Shown here one piece after another: positions 1 to 16,100 of a stretch of 64,000 bases of DNA. The position numbers were made by a program, and so were the translations under genes. Under the pieces are notes generated by a model. That model was not told the DNA's origin, ran no database searches, and was given only the letters and a program-made list of their open reading frames with translations. Source of the stretch: Eledone cirrhosa (taxonomy: Eukaryota). The stretch is from contig OZ024740.1 of NCBI GenBank assembly GCA_964016885.1, positions 31,682,001 through 31,746,000 of the forward strand. The letters are read 5' to 3'. Numbering within the stretch: position 1 is the first letter of the stretch; every line of letters begins with the position of its first letter.

Positions 1-3000
1 GTGTACAGACACAGTTGACTATATATGATATCAGTACAATATATAACACTAATGTACAGACACAATTGACTATATATGATATCAGTACAACATATAACAC
101 TAATGTACAGACACAGTTGACTATATATGATATCAGTACAATATGTAACACTAGTGTACAGACACAGTTGACTATATATGATATCAGTACAATATATAAC
201 ACTAATGTACAGACACAGTTGATTATATATGATATCAATACAATATATAACACTAGTGTACAGACACAGTTGACTATATATGATATCAGTACAATATATC
301 ACTAATGTACAGACACAGTTGACTATATATGATATCAGTACAATATATAACACTAGTGTACAGACACAGTTGATTATATATGATATCAGTACAATATGTA
401 ACACTAATGTACAGACACAGTTGACTATATATGATATCAGTACAATATATCACTAATGTACAGACACAGTTGACTATATATGATATCAGTACAATATATA
501 ACACTAGTGAACAGACACAGTTGACTATATATGATATCAGTACAATATATCACTAATGTACAGACACAGTTGACTATATATGATATCAGTACAATATATA
601 ACACTAATGTACAGACACAGTTGACTATATATGATATCGGTACAATATATAACACTAATGTACAGACACAGTTGACTATATATGATATCAGTACAACATA
701 TAACACTAGTGTACAGAAACAGTTGACTATATATGATATCAGTACAATATATAACACTAGTGAACAGACACAGTTGACTATATATGATATCAGTACAATA
801 TATAACACTAGTGTACAGACACAGTTGACTATATATGATATCAGTACAATATATAACACTAGTGTACAGACACACACTTGATTATACATGATATCAGTAC
901 AATATATAACACTAGTGAACAGACAGTTGACTATATATGATATCCGTACAATATATAACACTAATGTACAGACACAGTTGACTATATATGATATCAGTAC
1001 AATATATAACACTAATGTACAGATACAGTTGACTATATATGATATCAGTACAATATATAACACTAGTGTACAGACACAGTTGACTATATATGATATCAGT
1101 ACAATATATAACTCTAATGTTCAGACACAGTTGACTATATATGATATCAGTACAATATATAACACTAATGTACAGACACAGTTGACTATATATGATATCA
1201 GTACAATATGTAACACTAGTGAACAGACACAGTTGACTATATATGATATCAGTACAATATATAACACTAGAGTACAGACACAGTTGACTATATCTGATAT
1301 CAGTACAATATATAACACTAGTGTACAGACACAGTTGACTATATATGATATCAGTACAATATATAACACTAATGTACAGACACAGTTGACTATATATGAT
1401 ATCAGTACAACATATAACACTAGTGTACAGACACAGTTGACTATATATGATATCAGTACAATATGTAACACTAGTGTACAGACACAGTTGACCATATATG
1501 ATATCAGTACAATATACAACACTAATGTACAGACACAGTTGACTATATATGATATCAGTACAATATATAACACTAGTGTACAGACACAGTTAACTATATA
1601 TGATATCAGTACAATATGTAACACTAGTGTACAGACACAGTTGACCATATATGATATCAGTACAATATATAACACTAGTGTACAGACACAGTTGACTATA
1701 TATGATATCAGTACAATATATAACACTAGTGAACAGACACAGTTGACTATATATGATATCAGTACAATATATAACACTAGTGTACAGACACAGTTGACTA
1801 TATATGATATCAGTACAATATATAACACTAATGTACAGACACAATTGACTATATATGATATCAGTACAATATGTAACACTAATGTACAGACACAGTTGAC
1901 TATATATGGTATCAGTACAATATGTAACACTAGTGTACAGACACAGTTGACTATATATGATATCAGTACAATATATAACACTAATGTACAGACACATTTG
2001 ACTATATATGATATCAGTACAATATGTAACACTAGTGTACAGACACAGTTGACTATATATGATATCAGTACAACATATAACACTAGTGTACAGACACATT
2101 TGACTATATATGATATCAGTACAATATGTAACACTAGTGTACAGACACAGTTGACTATATATGATATGAGTACAATATATAACACTAGTGAACAGACACA
2201 GTTGACTATATATGATATCAGTACAATATATAACACTAGTGAACAGACACAGTTGACTATATATGATATCAGTACAATATATAACACTAGTGTACAGACA
2301 CAGTTGACTATATATGATATCAGTACAATATATAACACTAATGTACAGACACAGTTGACTATATATGATATCAATACAATATATAACACTAGTGTACAGA
2401 CACAGTTGACTATATATGATATCAGTACAATATATAACACTAGTGTACAGACACAGTTGACTATATATGATATCAGTACAAACATGTAACACTAATGTAC
2501 AGACACAGTTGACTATATATGATATCAATACAATATATAACACTAATGTACAGACACAGTTGACTATATATGATATCGGTACAATATATAACACTAATGT
2601 ACAGACACAGTTGACTATATATGATATCAGTACAATATATAACACTAGTGTACAGACACAGTTGACTATATATGATATCAGTACAATATATAACACTAGT
2701 GAACAGACACAGTTGACTATATATGATATCAGTACAATATATAACACTAGTGTACAGACACAGTTGACTATATATGATATCAGTACAACATATAACACTA
2801 GTGTACAGAAACAGTTGACTATATATGATATCAGTACAATATGTAACACTAATGTACAGGCACAGTTGACTATATATGATATCAGTACAATATATAACAC
2901 TAGTGAACAGACACAGTTGACTATATATGATATCAGTACAACATATAACACTAGTGTACAGAAACAGTTGACTATATATGATATCAGTACAATATGTAAC

Positions 3001-6000
3001 ACTAATGTTCAGACACAGTTGACTATATATGATATCAGTACAATATATAACACTAGTGAACAGACACAGTTGACTATATATGATATCAGTACAATATATA
3101 ACACTAGTGTACAGACACAGTTGACTATATATGATATCAGTACAATATATAACACTAGTGTACAGACACACACTTGACTATTCATGATATCAGTACAATA
3201 TATAACACTAGTGAACAGACAATTGACTATATATGATATCCGTACAATATATAACACTAATGTACAGACACAGTTGACTATATATGATATCAGTACAATA
3301 TATAACACTAATGTACAGATACAGTTGACTATATATGATATCAGTACAATATATAACACTAGTGTACAGACACAGTTGACTATATATGATATCAGTACAA
3401 TATGTAACACAAGTGTACAGATACAGTTGACTATATATGATATCAGTACAATATATAACACTAGTGTACAGACACAGTTGACTATATATGATTTCAGTAC
3501 AATATATAACACTAATGTACAGACACAGTTGACTATATATGATATCAGTACAATATATAACACTAGTGTACAGACACAGTTGACTATATATGATATCAGT
3601 ACAATATATAACACTAGTGTACAGACACAGTTGACTATATATGATATCAGTACAATATATAACACTAGTGTACAGACACAGTTGACCATATATGATATCA
3701 GTACAATATATAACACTAATGTACAGACACAGTTGACTATATATAATATCAGTACAATATATAACACTAGTGTACAGACACAGTTGACTATATATGATAT
3801 CAGTACAATATATAACACTAGTGTACAGACACAGTTGACTATATATGATATCAGTACAATATGTAACACTAGTGTACAGACACAGTTGACTATATATGAT
3901 ATCAGTACAATATATAACACTAATGTACAGACACAGTTGACTATATATGATATCAGTACAATATATAACACTAGTGAACAGACACAGTTGACTATATATG
4001 ATATCAGTACAATATATAACACTAGTGTACAGACACAGTTGACTATATATGATATCAGTACAATATATAACACTAATGTACAGACACAGTTGACTATATA
4101 TGATATCAGTACAATATGTAACACTAGTGTACAGACACAGTTGACTATATATGATATCAGTACAATATGTAAAACTAGTGTACAAACACGGTTGACTATA
4201 TATGATATCAGTACAATATATAACACTAGTGTACAGACACAGTTGACTATATATGATATCAGTACAATATATAACACTAATGTACAGACACAGTTGACTA
4301 TATATGATATCAGTACAACATATAACACTAATGTACAGACACAGTTGACTATATATGATATCAGTACAATATGTAACACTAGTGTACAGAGACAGTTGAA
4401 TATATATGATATCACTACAATATGTAAAACTAGTGTACAGACACAGTTGACTATATATGATATCAGTACAATATGTAACACTAGTGTACAGACACAGTTG
4501 ACTATATATGATATCAGTACAATATATAACACTAGTGTACAGACACAGTTGACTATATATGATATCAGTACAATATGTAACACTAGTGTACAGACACAGT
4601 TGACTATATATGATATCAGTACAATATATAACTCTAATCTTCAGACACAGTTGACTATATATGATATCAGTACAATATATAACACTAATGTACAGACACA
4701 GTTGACTATATATGATATCAGTACAATATGTAACACTAGTGAACAGACACAGTTGACTATATATGATATCAGTACAATATATAACACTAGAGTACAGACA
4801 CAGTTGACTATATCTGATATCAGTACAATATATAACACTAGTGTACAGACACAGTTGACTATATATGATATCAGTACAATATATAACACTAGTGAACAGA
4901 CACAGTTGACTATATATGATATCAGTACAATATATAACACTAGTGTACAGACACAGTTGACTATATATGATATCAGTACAATATATAACACTAATGTACA
5001 GACACAGTTGACTATATATGATATCAGTACAACATATAACACTAGTGTACAGACACAGTTGACTATATATGATATCAGTACAATATGTAACACTAGTGTA
5101 CAGACACAGTTGACCATATATGATATCAGTACAATATACAACACTAATGTACAGACACAGTTGACTATATATGATATCAGTACAATATATAACACTAGTG
5201 TACAGACACAGTTAACTATATATGATATCAGTACAATATGTAACACTAGTGTACAGACACAGTTGACCATATATGATATCAGTACAATATATAACACTAG
5301 TGTACAGACACAGTTGACTATATATGATATCAGTACAATATATAACACTAGTGAACAGACACAGTTGACTATATATGATATCAGTACAATATATAACACT
5401 AGTGTACAGACACAGTTGACTATATATGATATCAGTACAATATATAACACTAATGTACAGACACAATTGACTATATATGATATCAGTACAATATGTAACA
5501 CTAATGTACAGACACAGTTGACTATATATGGTATCAGTACAATATGTAACACTAGTGTACAGACACAGTTGACTATATATGATATCAGTACAATATATAA
5601 CACTAATGTACAGACACATTTGACTATATATGATATCAGTACAATATGTAACACTAGTGTACAGACACAGTTGACTATATATGATATCAGTACAACATAT
5701 AACACTAGTGTACAGACACATTTGACTATATATGATATCAGTACAATATGTAACACTAGTGTACAGACACAGTTGACTATATATGATATGAGTACAATAT
5801 ATAACACTAGTGAACAGACACAGTTGACTATATATGATATCAGTACAATATATAACACTAGTGAACAGACACAGTTGACTATATATGATATCAGTACAAT
5901 ATATAACACTAGTGTACAGACACAGTTGACTATATATGATATCAGTACAATATATAACACTAATGTACAGACACAATTGACTATATATGATATCAGTACA

Positions 6001-9000
6001 ACATATAACACTAATGTACAGACACAGTTGACTATATATGATATCAGTACAATATGTAACACTAGTGTACAGACACAGTTGACTATATATGATATCAGTA
6101 CAATATATAACACTAATGTACAGACACAGTTGATTATATATGATATCAATACAATATATAACACTAGTGTACAGACACAGTTGACTATATATGATATCAG
6201 TACAATATATCACTAATGTACAGACACAGTTGACTATATATGATATCAGTACAATATATAACACTAGTGTACAGACACAGTTGATTATTTATGATATCAG
6301 TACAATATGTAACACTAATGTACAGACACAGTTGACTATATATGATATCAGTACAATATATCACTAATGTACAGACACAGTTGACTATATATGATATCAG
6401 TACAATATATAACACTAGTGAACAGACACAGTTGACTATATATGATATCAGTACAATATATCACTAATGTACAGACACAGTTGACTATATATGATATCAG
6501 TACAATATATAACACTAATGTACAGACACAGTTGACTATATATGATATCGGTACAATATATAACACTAATGTACAGACACAGTTGACTATATATGATATC
6601 AGTACAACATATAACACTAGTGTACAGAAACAGTTGACTATATATGATATCAGTACAATATATAACACTAGTGAACAGACACAGTTGACTATATATGATA
6701 TCAGTACAATATATAACACTAGTGTACAGACACAGTTGACTATATATGATATCAGTACAATATATAACACTAGTGTACAGACACACACTTGATTATACAT
6801 GATATCAGTACAATATATAACACTAGTGAACAGACAGTTGACTATATATGATATCCGTACAATATATAACACTAATGTACAGACACAGTTGACTATATAT
6901 GATATCAGTACAATATATAACACTAATGTACAGATACAGTTGACTATATATGATATCAGTACAATATATAACACTAGTGTACAGACACAGTTGACTATAT
7001 ATGATATCAGTACAATATGTAACACAAGTGTACAGATACAGTTGACTATATATGATATCAGTACAATATATAACACTAATGTACAGACACAGTTGACTAT
7101 ATATGATATCAGTACAACATGTAACACTAGTGTACAGACAGAGTTGACTATATATTATATCAGTACAATATATAACACTAGTGAACAGACACAGTTGACT
7201 ATATATGATATCAGTACAATATATAACACTAATGTACGGACACATTTGACTATATATGATATCAGTACAATATGTAACACTAGTGTACAGACGCAGTTGA
7301 CTATATATGATATCAGTACAATATATAACACTAGTGTACAGACACATTTGACTATATATGATATCAGTACAATATGTAACACTAGTGTACAGACACAGTT
7401 GACTATATATGATATCAGTACAATATGTAACACTAGTGTACAGACACAGTTGACCATATATGATATCAGTACAATATATAACACTAATGTACAGACACAG
7501 TTGACTATATATGATATCAGTACAACATATAACACTAATGTACAGACACAGTTGACTATATATGATATCAGTACAATATGTAACACTAGTGTACAGAGAC
7601 AGTTGAATATATATGATATCACTACAATATGTAAAACTAGTGTACAGACACAGTTGACTATATATGATATCAGTACAATATGTAACACTAGTGTACAGAC
7701 ACAGTTGACTATATATGATATCAGTACAATATATAACACTAGTGTACAGACACAGTTGACTATATATGATATCAGTACAATATGTAACACTAGTGTACAG
7801 ACACAGTTGACTATATATGATATCAGTACAATATATAACTCTAATCTTCAGACACAGTTGACTATATATGATATCAGTACAATATATAACACTAATGTAC
7901 AGACACAGTTGACTATATATGATATCAGTACAATATGTAACACTAGTGAACAGACACAGTTGACTATATATGATATCAGTACAATATATAACACTAGAGT
8001 ACAGACACAGTTGACTATATCTGATATCAGTACAATATATAACACTAGTGTACAGACACAGTTGACTATATATGATATCAGTACAATATATAACACTAGT
8101 GAACAGACACAGTTGACTATATATGATATCAGTACAATATATAACACTAGTGTACAGACACAGTTGACTATATATGATATCAGTACAATATATAACACTA
8201 ATGTACAGACACAGTTGACTATATATGATATCAGTACAACATATAACACTAGTGTACAGACACAGTTGACTATATATGATATCAGTACAATATGTAACAC
8301 TAGTGTACAGACACAGTTGACCATATATGATATCAGTACAATATACAACACTAATGTACAGACACAGTTGACTATATATGATATCAGTACAATATATAAC
8401 ACTAGTGTACAGACACAGTTAACTATATATGATATCAGTACAATATGTAACACTAGTGTACAGACACAGTTGACCATATATGATATCAGTACAATATATA
8501 ACACTAGTGTACAGACACAGTTGACTATATATGATATCAGTACAATATATAACACTAGTGAACAGACACAGTTGACTATATATGATATCAGTACAATATA
8601 TAACACTAGTGTACAGACACAGTTGACTATATATGATATCAGTACAATATATAACACTAATGTACAGACACAATTGACTATATATGATATCAGTACAATA
8701 TGTAACACTAATGTACAGACACAGTTGACTATATATGGTATCAGTACAATATGTAACACTAGTGTACAGACACAGTTGACTATATATGATATCAGTACAA
8801 TATATAACACTAATGTACAGACACATTTGACTATATATGATATCAGTACAATATGTAACACTAGTGTACAGACACAGTTGACTATATATGATATCAGTAC
8901 AACATATAACACTAGTGTACAGACACATTTGACTATATATGATATCAGTACAATATGTAACACTAGTGTACAGACACAGTTGACTATATATGATATGAGT

Positions 9001-12000
9001 ACAATATATAACACTAGTGAACAGACACAGTTGACTATATATGATATCAGTACAATATATAACACTAGTGAACAGACACAGTTGACTATATATGATATCA
9101 GTACAATATATAACACTAGTGTACAGACACAGTTGACTATATATGATATCAGTACAATATATAACACTAATGTACAGACACAATTGACTATATATGATAT
9201 CAGTACAACATATAACACTAATGTACAGACACAGTTGACTATATATGATATCAGTACAATATGTAACACTAGTGTACAGACACAGTTGACTATATATGAT
9301 ATCAGTACAATATATCACTAATGTACAGACACAGTTGACTATATATGATATCAGTACAATATATAACACTAGTGTACAGACACAGTTGATTATTTATGAT
9401 ATCAGTACAATATGTAACACTAATGTACAGACACAGTTGACTATATATGATATCAGTACAATATATCACTAATGTACAGACACAGTTGACTATATATGAT
9501 ATCAGTACAATATATAACACTAGTGAACAGACACAGTTGACTATATATGATATCAGTACAATATATCACTAATGTACAGACACAGTTGACTATATATGAT
9601 ATCAGTACAATATATAACACTAGTGAACAGACACAGTTGACTATATATGATATCAGTACAATATATCACTAATGTACAGACACAGTTGACTATATATGAT
9701 ATCAGTACAATATATAACACTAATGTACAGACACAGTTGACTATATATGATATCGGTACAATATATAACACTAATGTACAGACACAGTTGACTATATATG
9801 ATATCAGTACAACATATAACACTAGTGTACAGAAACAGTTGACTATATATGATATCAGTACAATATATAACACTAGTGAACAGACACAGTTGACTATATA
9901 TGATATCAGTACAATATATAACACTAGTGTACAGACACAGTTGACTATATATGATATCAGTACAATATATAACACTAGTGTACAGACACACACTTGATTA
10001 TACATGATATCAGTACAATATATAACACTAGTGAACAGACAGTTGACTATATATGATATCCGTACAATATATAACACTAATGTACAGACACAGTTGACTA
10101 TATATGATATCAGTACAATATATAACACTAATGTACAGATACAGTTGACTATATATGATATCAGTACAATATATAACACTAGTGTACAGACACAGTTGAC
10201 TATATATGATATCAGTACAATATGTAACACAAGTGTACAGATACAGTTGACTATATATGATATCAGTACAATATATAACACTAATGTACAGACACAGTTG
10301 ACTATATATGATATCAGTACAACATGTAACACTAGTGTACAGACAGAGTTGACTATATATTATATCAGTACAATATATAACACTAGTGAACAGACACAGT
10401 TGACTATATATGATATCAGTACAATATATAACACTAATGTACGGACACATTTGACTATATATGATATCAGTACAATATGTAACACTAGTGTACAGACGCA
10501 GTTGACTATATATGATATCAGTACAATATATAACACTAGTGTACAGACACATTTGACTATATATGATATCAGTACAATATGTAACACTAGTGTACAGACA
10601 CAGTTGACTATATATGATATCAGTACAATATGTAACACTAGTGTACAGACACAGTTGACCATATATGATATCAGTACAATATATAACACTAATGTACAGA
10701 CACAGTTGACTATATATGATATCAGTACAATATATAACACTAGTGTACAGACACAGTTGACTATATATGATATCAGTACAATATATAACACTAATGTACA
10801 GACACAGTTGACTATATATGATATCAGTACAACATATAACACTAATGTACAGACACAGTTGACTATATATGATATCAGTACAATATGTAACACTAGTGTA
10901 CAGAGACAGTTGAATATATATGATATCACTACATTATGTAAAACTAGTGTACAGACACAGTTGACTATATATGATATCAGTACAATATGTAACACTAGTG
11001 TACAGACACAGTTGACTATATATGATATCAGTACAATATATAACACTAGTGTACAGTCACAGTTGACTATATATGATATCAGTACAATATGTAACACTAG
11101 TGTACAGACACAGTTGACTATATATGATATCAGTACAATATATAACACTAGTGTACAGACACAGTTGACTATATATGATATCAGTACAACATGTAACACT
11201 AATGTACAGACACAGTTGACTATATATGATATCAGTACAATATATAACACTAGTGTACAGACACAGTTGACTATATATGATATCAGTACAATATGTAACA
11301 CTAGTGTACACACACAGTTGCCTATATATGATTTCAGTACAATATATAACACTAGTGTACAGACACAGTTGACTATATATGATATCAGTACAATATATAA
11401 CACTAGTGTACAGACACAGTTGACTATATATGATATCAGTACAACATGTAACACTAATGTACAGACACAGTTGACTATATATGATATCAGTACAATATAT
11501 AACACTAGTGTACAGACACAGTTGACTATATATGATATCAGTACAACATGTAACACTAATGTACAGACACAGTTGACTATATATGATATCAGTACAATAT
11601 ATAACACTAGTGTACAGACACAGTTGACTATATATGATATCAGTACAATATGTAACACTAGTGTACAGACACAGTTGACTATATATGATATCAGTACAAT
11701 ATATAACACTAGTGTATAGACACAGTTGACTATATATGATATCAGTACAATATATAAAACTAGTGTACAGACACAGTTGACTATATATGATATCAGTACA
11801 ACATGTAACACTAATGTACAGACACAGTTGACTATATATGATATCAGTACAATATATAACACTAGTGTACAGACACAGTTGACTATATATGATATCAGTA
11901 CAATATATAACACTAACGTACAGACACAGTTGACTATATATGATATCAGTACAATATGTAACACTAGTGTACAGACACAGTTGACTATATATGATATCAG

Positions 12001-15000
12001 TACAATATGTAACACTAGTGTACAAACACAGTTGACTATATATGATATCAGTACAATATGTAACACTAGTGTACAGACACAGTTGACTATATATGATATC
12101 AGTACAATATGTAACACTAATGTACAGACACAGTTGACTATATATGATATCAATACAATATATAACACTAGTGTACAGACACAGTTGACTATATATGATA
12201 TCAGTACAATATATAACACTAGTGTACAGACACAGTTGACTATATATGATATCAGTACAACATGTAACACTAATGTACAGACACAGTTGACTATATATGA
12301 TATCAGTACAATATATAACACTAGTGTACAGACACAGTTGACTATATATGATATCAGTACAATATATAACACTAGTGTACAGACACAGTTGACTATATAT
12401 GATATTAGTACAATATGTAACACTAATGTACAGACACAGTTGACTATATATGATATCAGTACAATATATAACACTAGTGTACAGACACAGTTGACTATAT
12501 ATGATATCAGTACAATATATAACACTAGTGTACAGACACAGTTGACTATATATGATATCAGTACAATATATAACACTAATGTACAGACACAGTTGACTAT
12601 ATATGATATCAGTACAATATATAACACTAGTGTACAGACACAGTTGACTATATATGATATCAGTACAATATATAACACTAATGTACAGACACAGTTGACT
12701 ATATATGATATCGGTACAATATATAACACTAATGTACAGACACAGTTGACTATATATGATATCAGTACAATATATAACACTAGTGTACAGACACAGTTGA
12801 CTATATATGATATCAGTACAATATATAACACTAGTGAACAGACACAGTTGACTATATATGATATCAGTACAATATATAACACTAGTGTACAGACACAGTT
12901 GACTATATATGATATCAGTACAACATATAACACTAGTGTACAGAAACAGTTGACTATATATGATATCAGTACAATATGTAACACTAATGTACAGACACAG
13001 TTGACTATATATGATATCAGTACAATATATAACACTAGTGAACAGACACAGTTGACTATATATGATATCAGTACAACATATAACACTAGTGTACAGAAAC
13101 AGTTGACTATATATGATATCAGTACAATATGTAACACTAATGTACAGACACAGTTGACTATATATGATATCAGTACAATATATAACACTAGTGAACAGAC
13201 ACAGTTGACTATATATGATATCAGTACAATATATAACACTAGTGTACAGACACAGTTGACTATATATGATATCAGTACAATATATAACACTAGTGTACAG
13301 ACACACACTTGACTATTCATGATATCAGTACAATATATAACACTAGTGAACAGACAGTTGACTATATATGATATCCGTACAATATATAACACTAATGTAC
13401 AGACACAGTTGACTATATATGATATCAGTACAATATATAACACTAATGTACAGATACAGTTGACTATATATGATATCAGTACAATATATAACACTAGTGT
13501 ACAGACACAGTTGACTATATATGATATCAGTACAATATGTAACACAAGTGTACAGATACAGTTGACTATATATGATATCAGTACAATATATAACACTAGT
13601 GTACAGACACAGTTGACTATATATGATATCAGTACAATATATAACACTAATGTACAGACACAGTTGACTATATATGATATCAGTACAATATATAACACTA
13701 GTGTACAGACACAGTTGACTATATATGATATCAGTACAATATATAACACTAGTGTACAGACACAGTTGACTATATATGATATCAGTACAATATGTAACAC
13801 TAGTGTACAGACACAGTTGACCATATATGATATCAGTACAATATATAACACTAATGTACAGACACAGTTGACTATATATAATATCAGTACAATATATAAC
13901 ACTAGTGTACAGACACAGTTGACTATATATGATATCAGTACAATATATAACACTAGTGTACAGACACAGTTGACTATATATGATATCAGTACAATATGTA
14001 ACACTAGTGTACAGACACAGTTGACTATATATGATATCAGTACAATATATAACACTAATGTACAGACACAGTTGACTATATATGATATCAGTAAAATATA
14101 TAACACTAGTGAACAGACACAGTTGACTATATATGATATCAGTACAATATATAACACTAGTGTACAGACACAGTTGACTATATATGATATCAGTACAATA
14201 TATAACACTAACGTACAGACACAGTTGACTATATATGATATCAGTACAATATGTAACACTAGTGTACAGACACAGTTGACTATATATGATATCAGTACAA
14301 TATGTAACACTAGTGTACAAACACAGTTGACTATATATGATATCAGTACAATATATAACACTAGTGTACAGACACAGTTGACTATATATGATATCAGTAC
14401 AATATATAACACTAATGTACAGACACAGTTGACTATATATGATATCAGTACAACATATAACACTAATGTACAGACACAGTTGACTATATATGATATCAGT
14501 ACAATATGTAACACTAGTGTACAGAGACAGTTGAATATATATGATATCACTACAATATGTAAAACTAGTGTACAGACACAGTTGACTATATATGATATCA
14601 GTACAATATATAACACTAGTGTACAGACACAGTTGACTATATATGATATCAGTACAATATGTAACACTAGTGTACAGACACAGTTGACCATATATGATAT
14701 CAGTACAATATATAACACTAATGTACAGACACAGTTGACTATATATGATATCAGTACAATATATAACACTAGTGTACAGACACAGTTGACTATATATGAT
14801 ATCAGTACAATATATAACACTAGTGAACAGACACAGTTGACTATATATGATATCAGTACAATATATAACACTAGTGTACAGACACAGTTGACTATATATG
14901 ATATCAGTACAATATATAACACTAATGTACAGACACAATTGAATATATATGATATCAGTACAATATGTAACACTAATGTACAGACACAGTTGACTATATA

Positions 15001-16100
15001 TGATATCAGTACAATATGTAACACTAGTGTACAGACACAGTTGACTATATATGATATCAGTACAATATATAACACTAATATACAGACACATTTGACTATA
15101 TATGATATCAGTACAATATGTAACACTAGTGTACAGACACAGTTGACTATATATGATATCAGTACAATATATAACACTAGTGTACAGACACATTTGACTA
15201 TATATGATATCAGTACAATATGTAACACTAGTGTACAGACACAGTTGACTATATATGATATCAGTACAATATATAACACTAGTGAACAGACACAGTTGAC
15301 TATATATGATATCAGTACAATATATAACACTAGTGAACAGACACAGTTGACTATATATGATATCAGTACAATATATAACACTAGTGTACAGACACAGTTG
15401 ACTATATATGATATCAGTACAATATATAACACTAATGTACAGACACAATTGACTATATATGATATCAGTACAACATATAACACTAATGTACAGACACAGT
15501 TGACTATATATGATATCAGTACAATATGTAACACTAGTGTACAGACACAGTTGACTATATATGATATCAGTACAATATATAACACTAATGTACAGACACA
15601 GTTGACTATATATGATATCAATACAATATATAACACTAGTGTACAGACACAGTTGACTATATATGATATCAGTACAATATATCACTAATGTACAGACACA
15701 GTTGACTATATATGATATCAGTACAATATATAACACTAGTGTACAGACACAGTTGATTATATATGATATCAGTACAATATGTAACACTAATGTACAGACA
15801 CAGTTGACTATATATGATATCAGTACAATATATCACTAATGTACAGACACAGTTGACTATATATGATATCAGTACAATATATAACACTACTGAACAGACA
15901 CAGTTGACTATATATGATATCAGTACAATATATAACATTAATGTACAGACACAGTTGATTATATATGATATCAGTACAATATATAACACTAATGTACAGA
16001 CACAGTTGACTATATATGATATCGGTACAATATATAACACTAGTGTACAGACACACACTTGACTATATATGATATCAGTACAATATATAACACTAGTGAA
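1..16100. repeat. Domain 1: higher-order repeat region (~3.1-3.5 kb period) marked by 49-bp monomers lacking AA
   Basis: Clusters of TATATCACTAA (AA deleted) at ~300-550, 6210-6460, 9315-9666 and 15682-15833. The same ordered rare variants (CTCTAAT, CTAGAGT, TATCTGA, TACAAC, GTTAAC, TGGTATC, TATGAGT) recur from ~1110, 4630 and 7840. Confidence 0.85.
4290..10700. repeat. Near-identical tandem duplication, period ~3,207 bp (63 monomers minus 6 bp)
   Basis: Marker offsets: 4641/7848 and 5212/8419 (3207), 6792/9997 (3205), CAGAGACAGTTGAAT at ~4387/7594. Confidence 0.85.

Noticed and set aside
10-46. TATA-like, E-box/Myb-like (CAGTTG) and GATA-like motifs as regulatory sites
   Set aside because: These short motifs are expected by chance in an AT-rich monomer, are multiplied by tandem repetition, and have no adjacent gene.
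1-153. Trimer (153 bp) as a nucleosome-length unit
   Set aside because: The variants show no consistent 3-monomer periodicity, so this is a numerical coincidence without MNase data.
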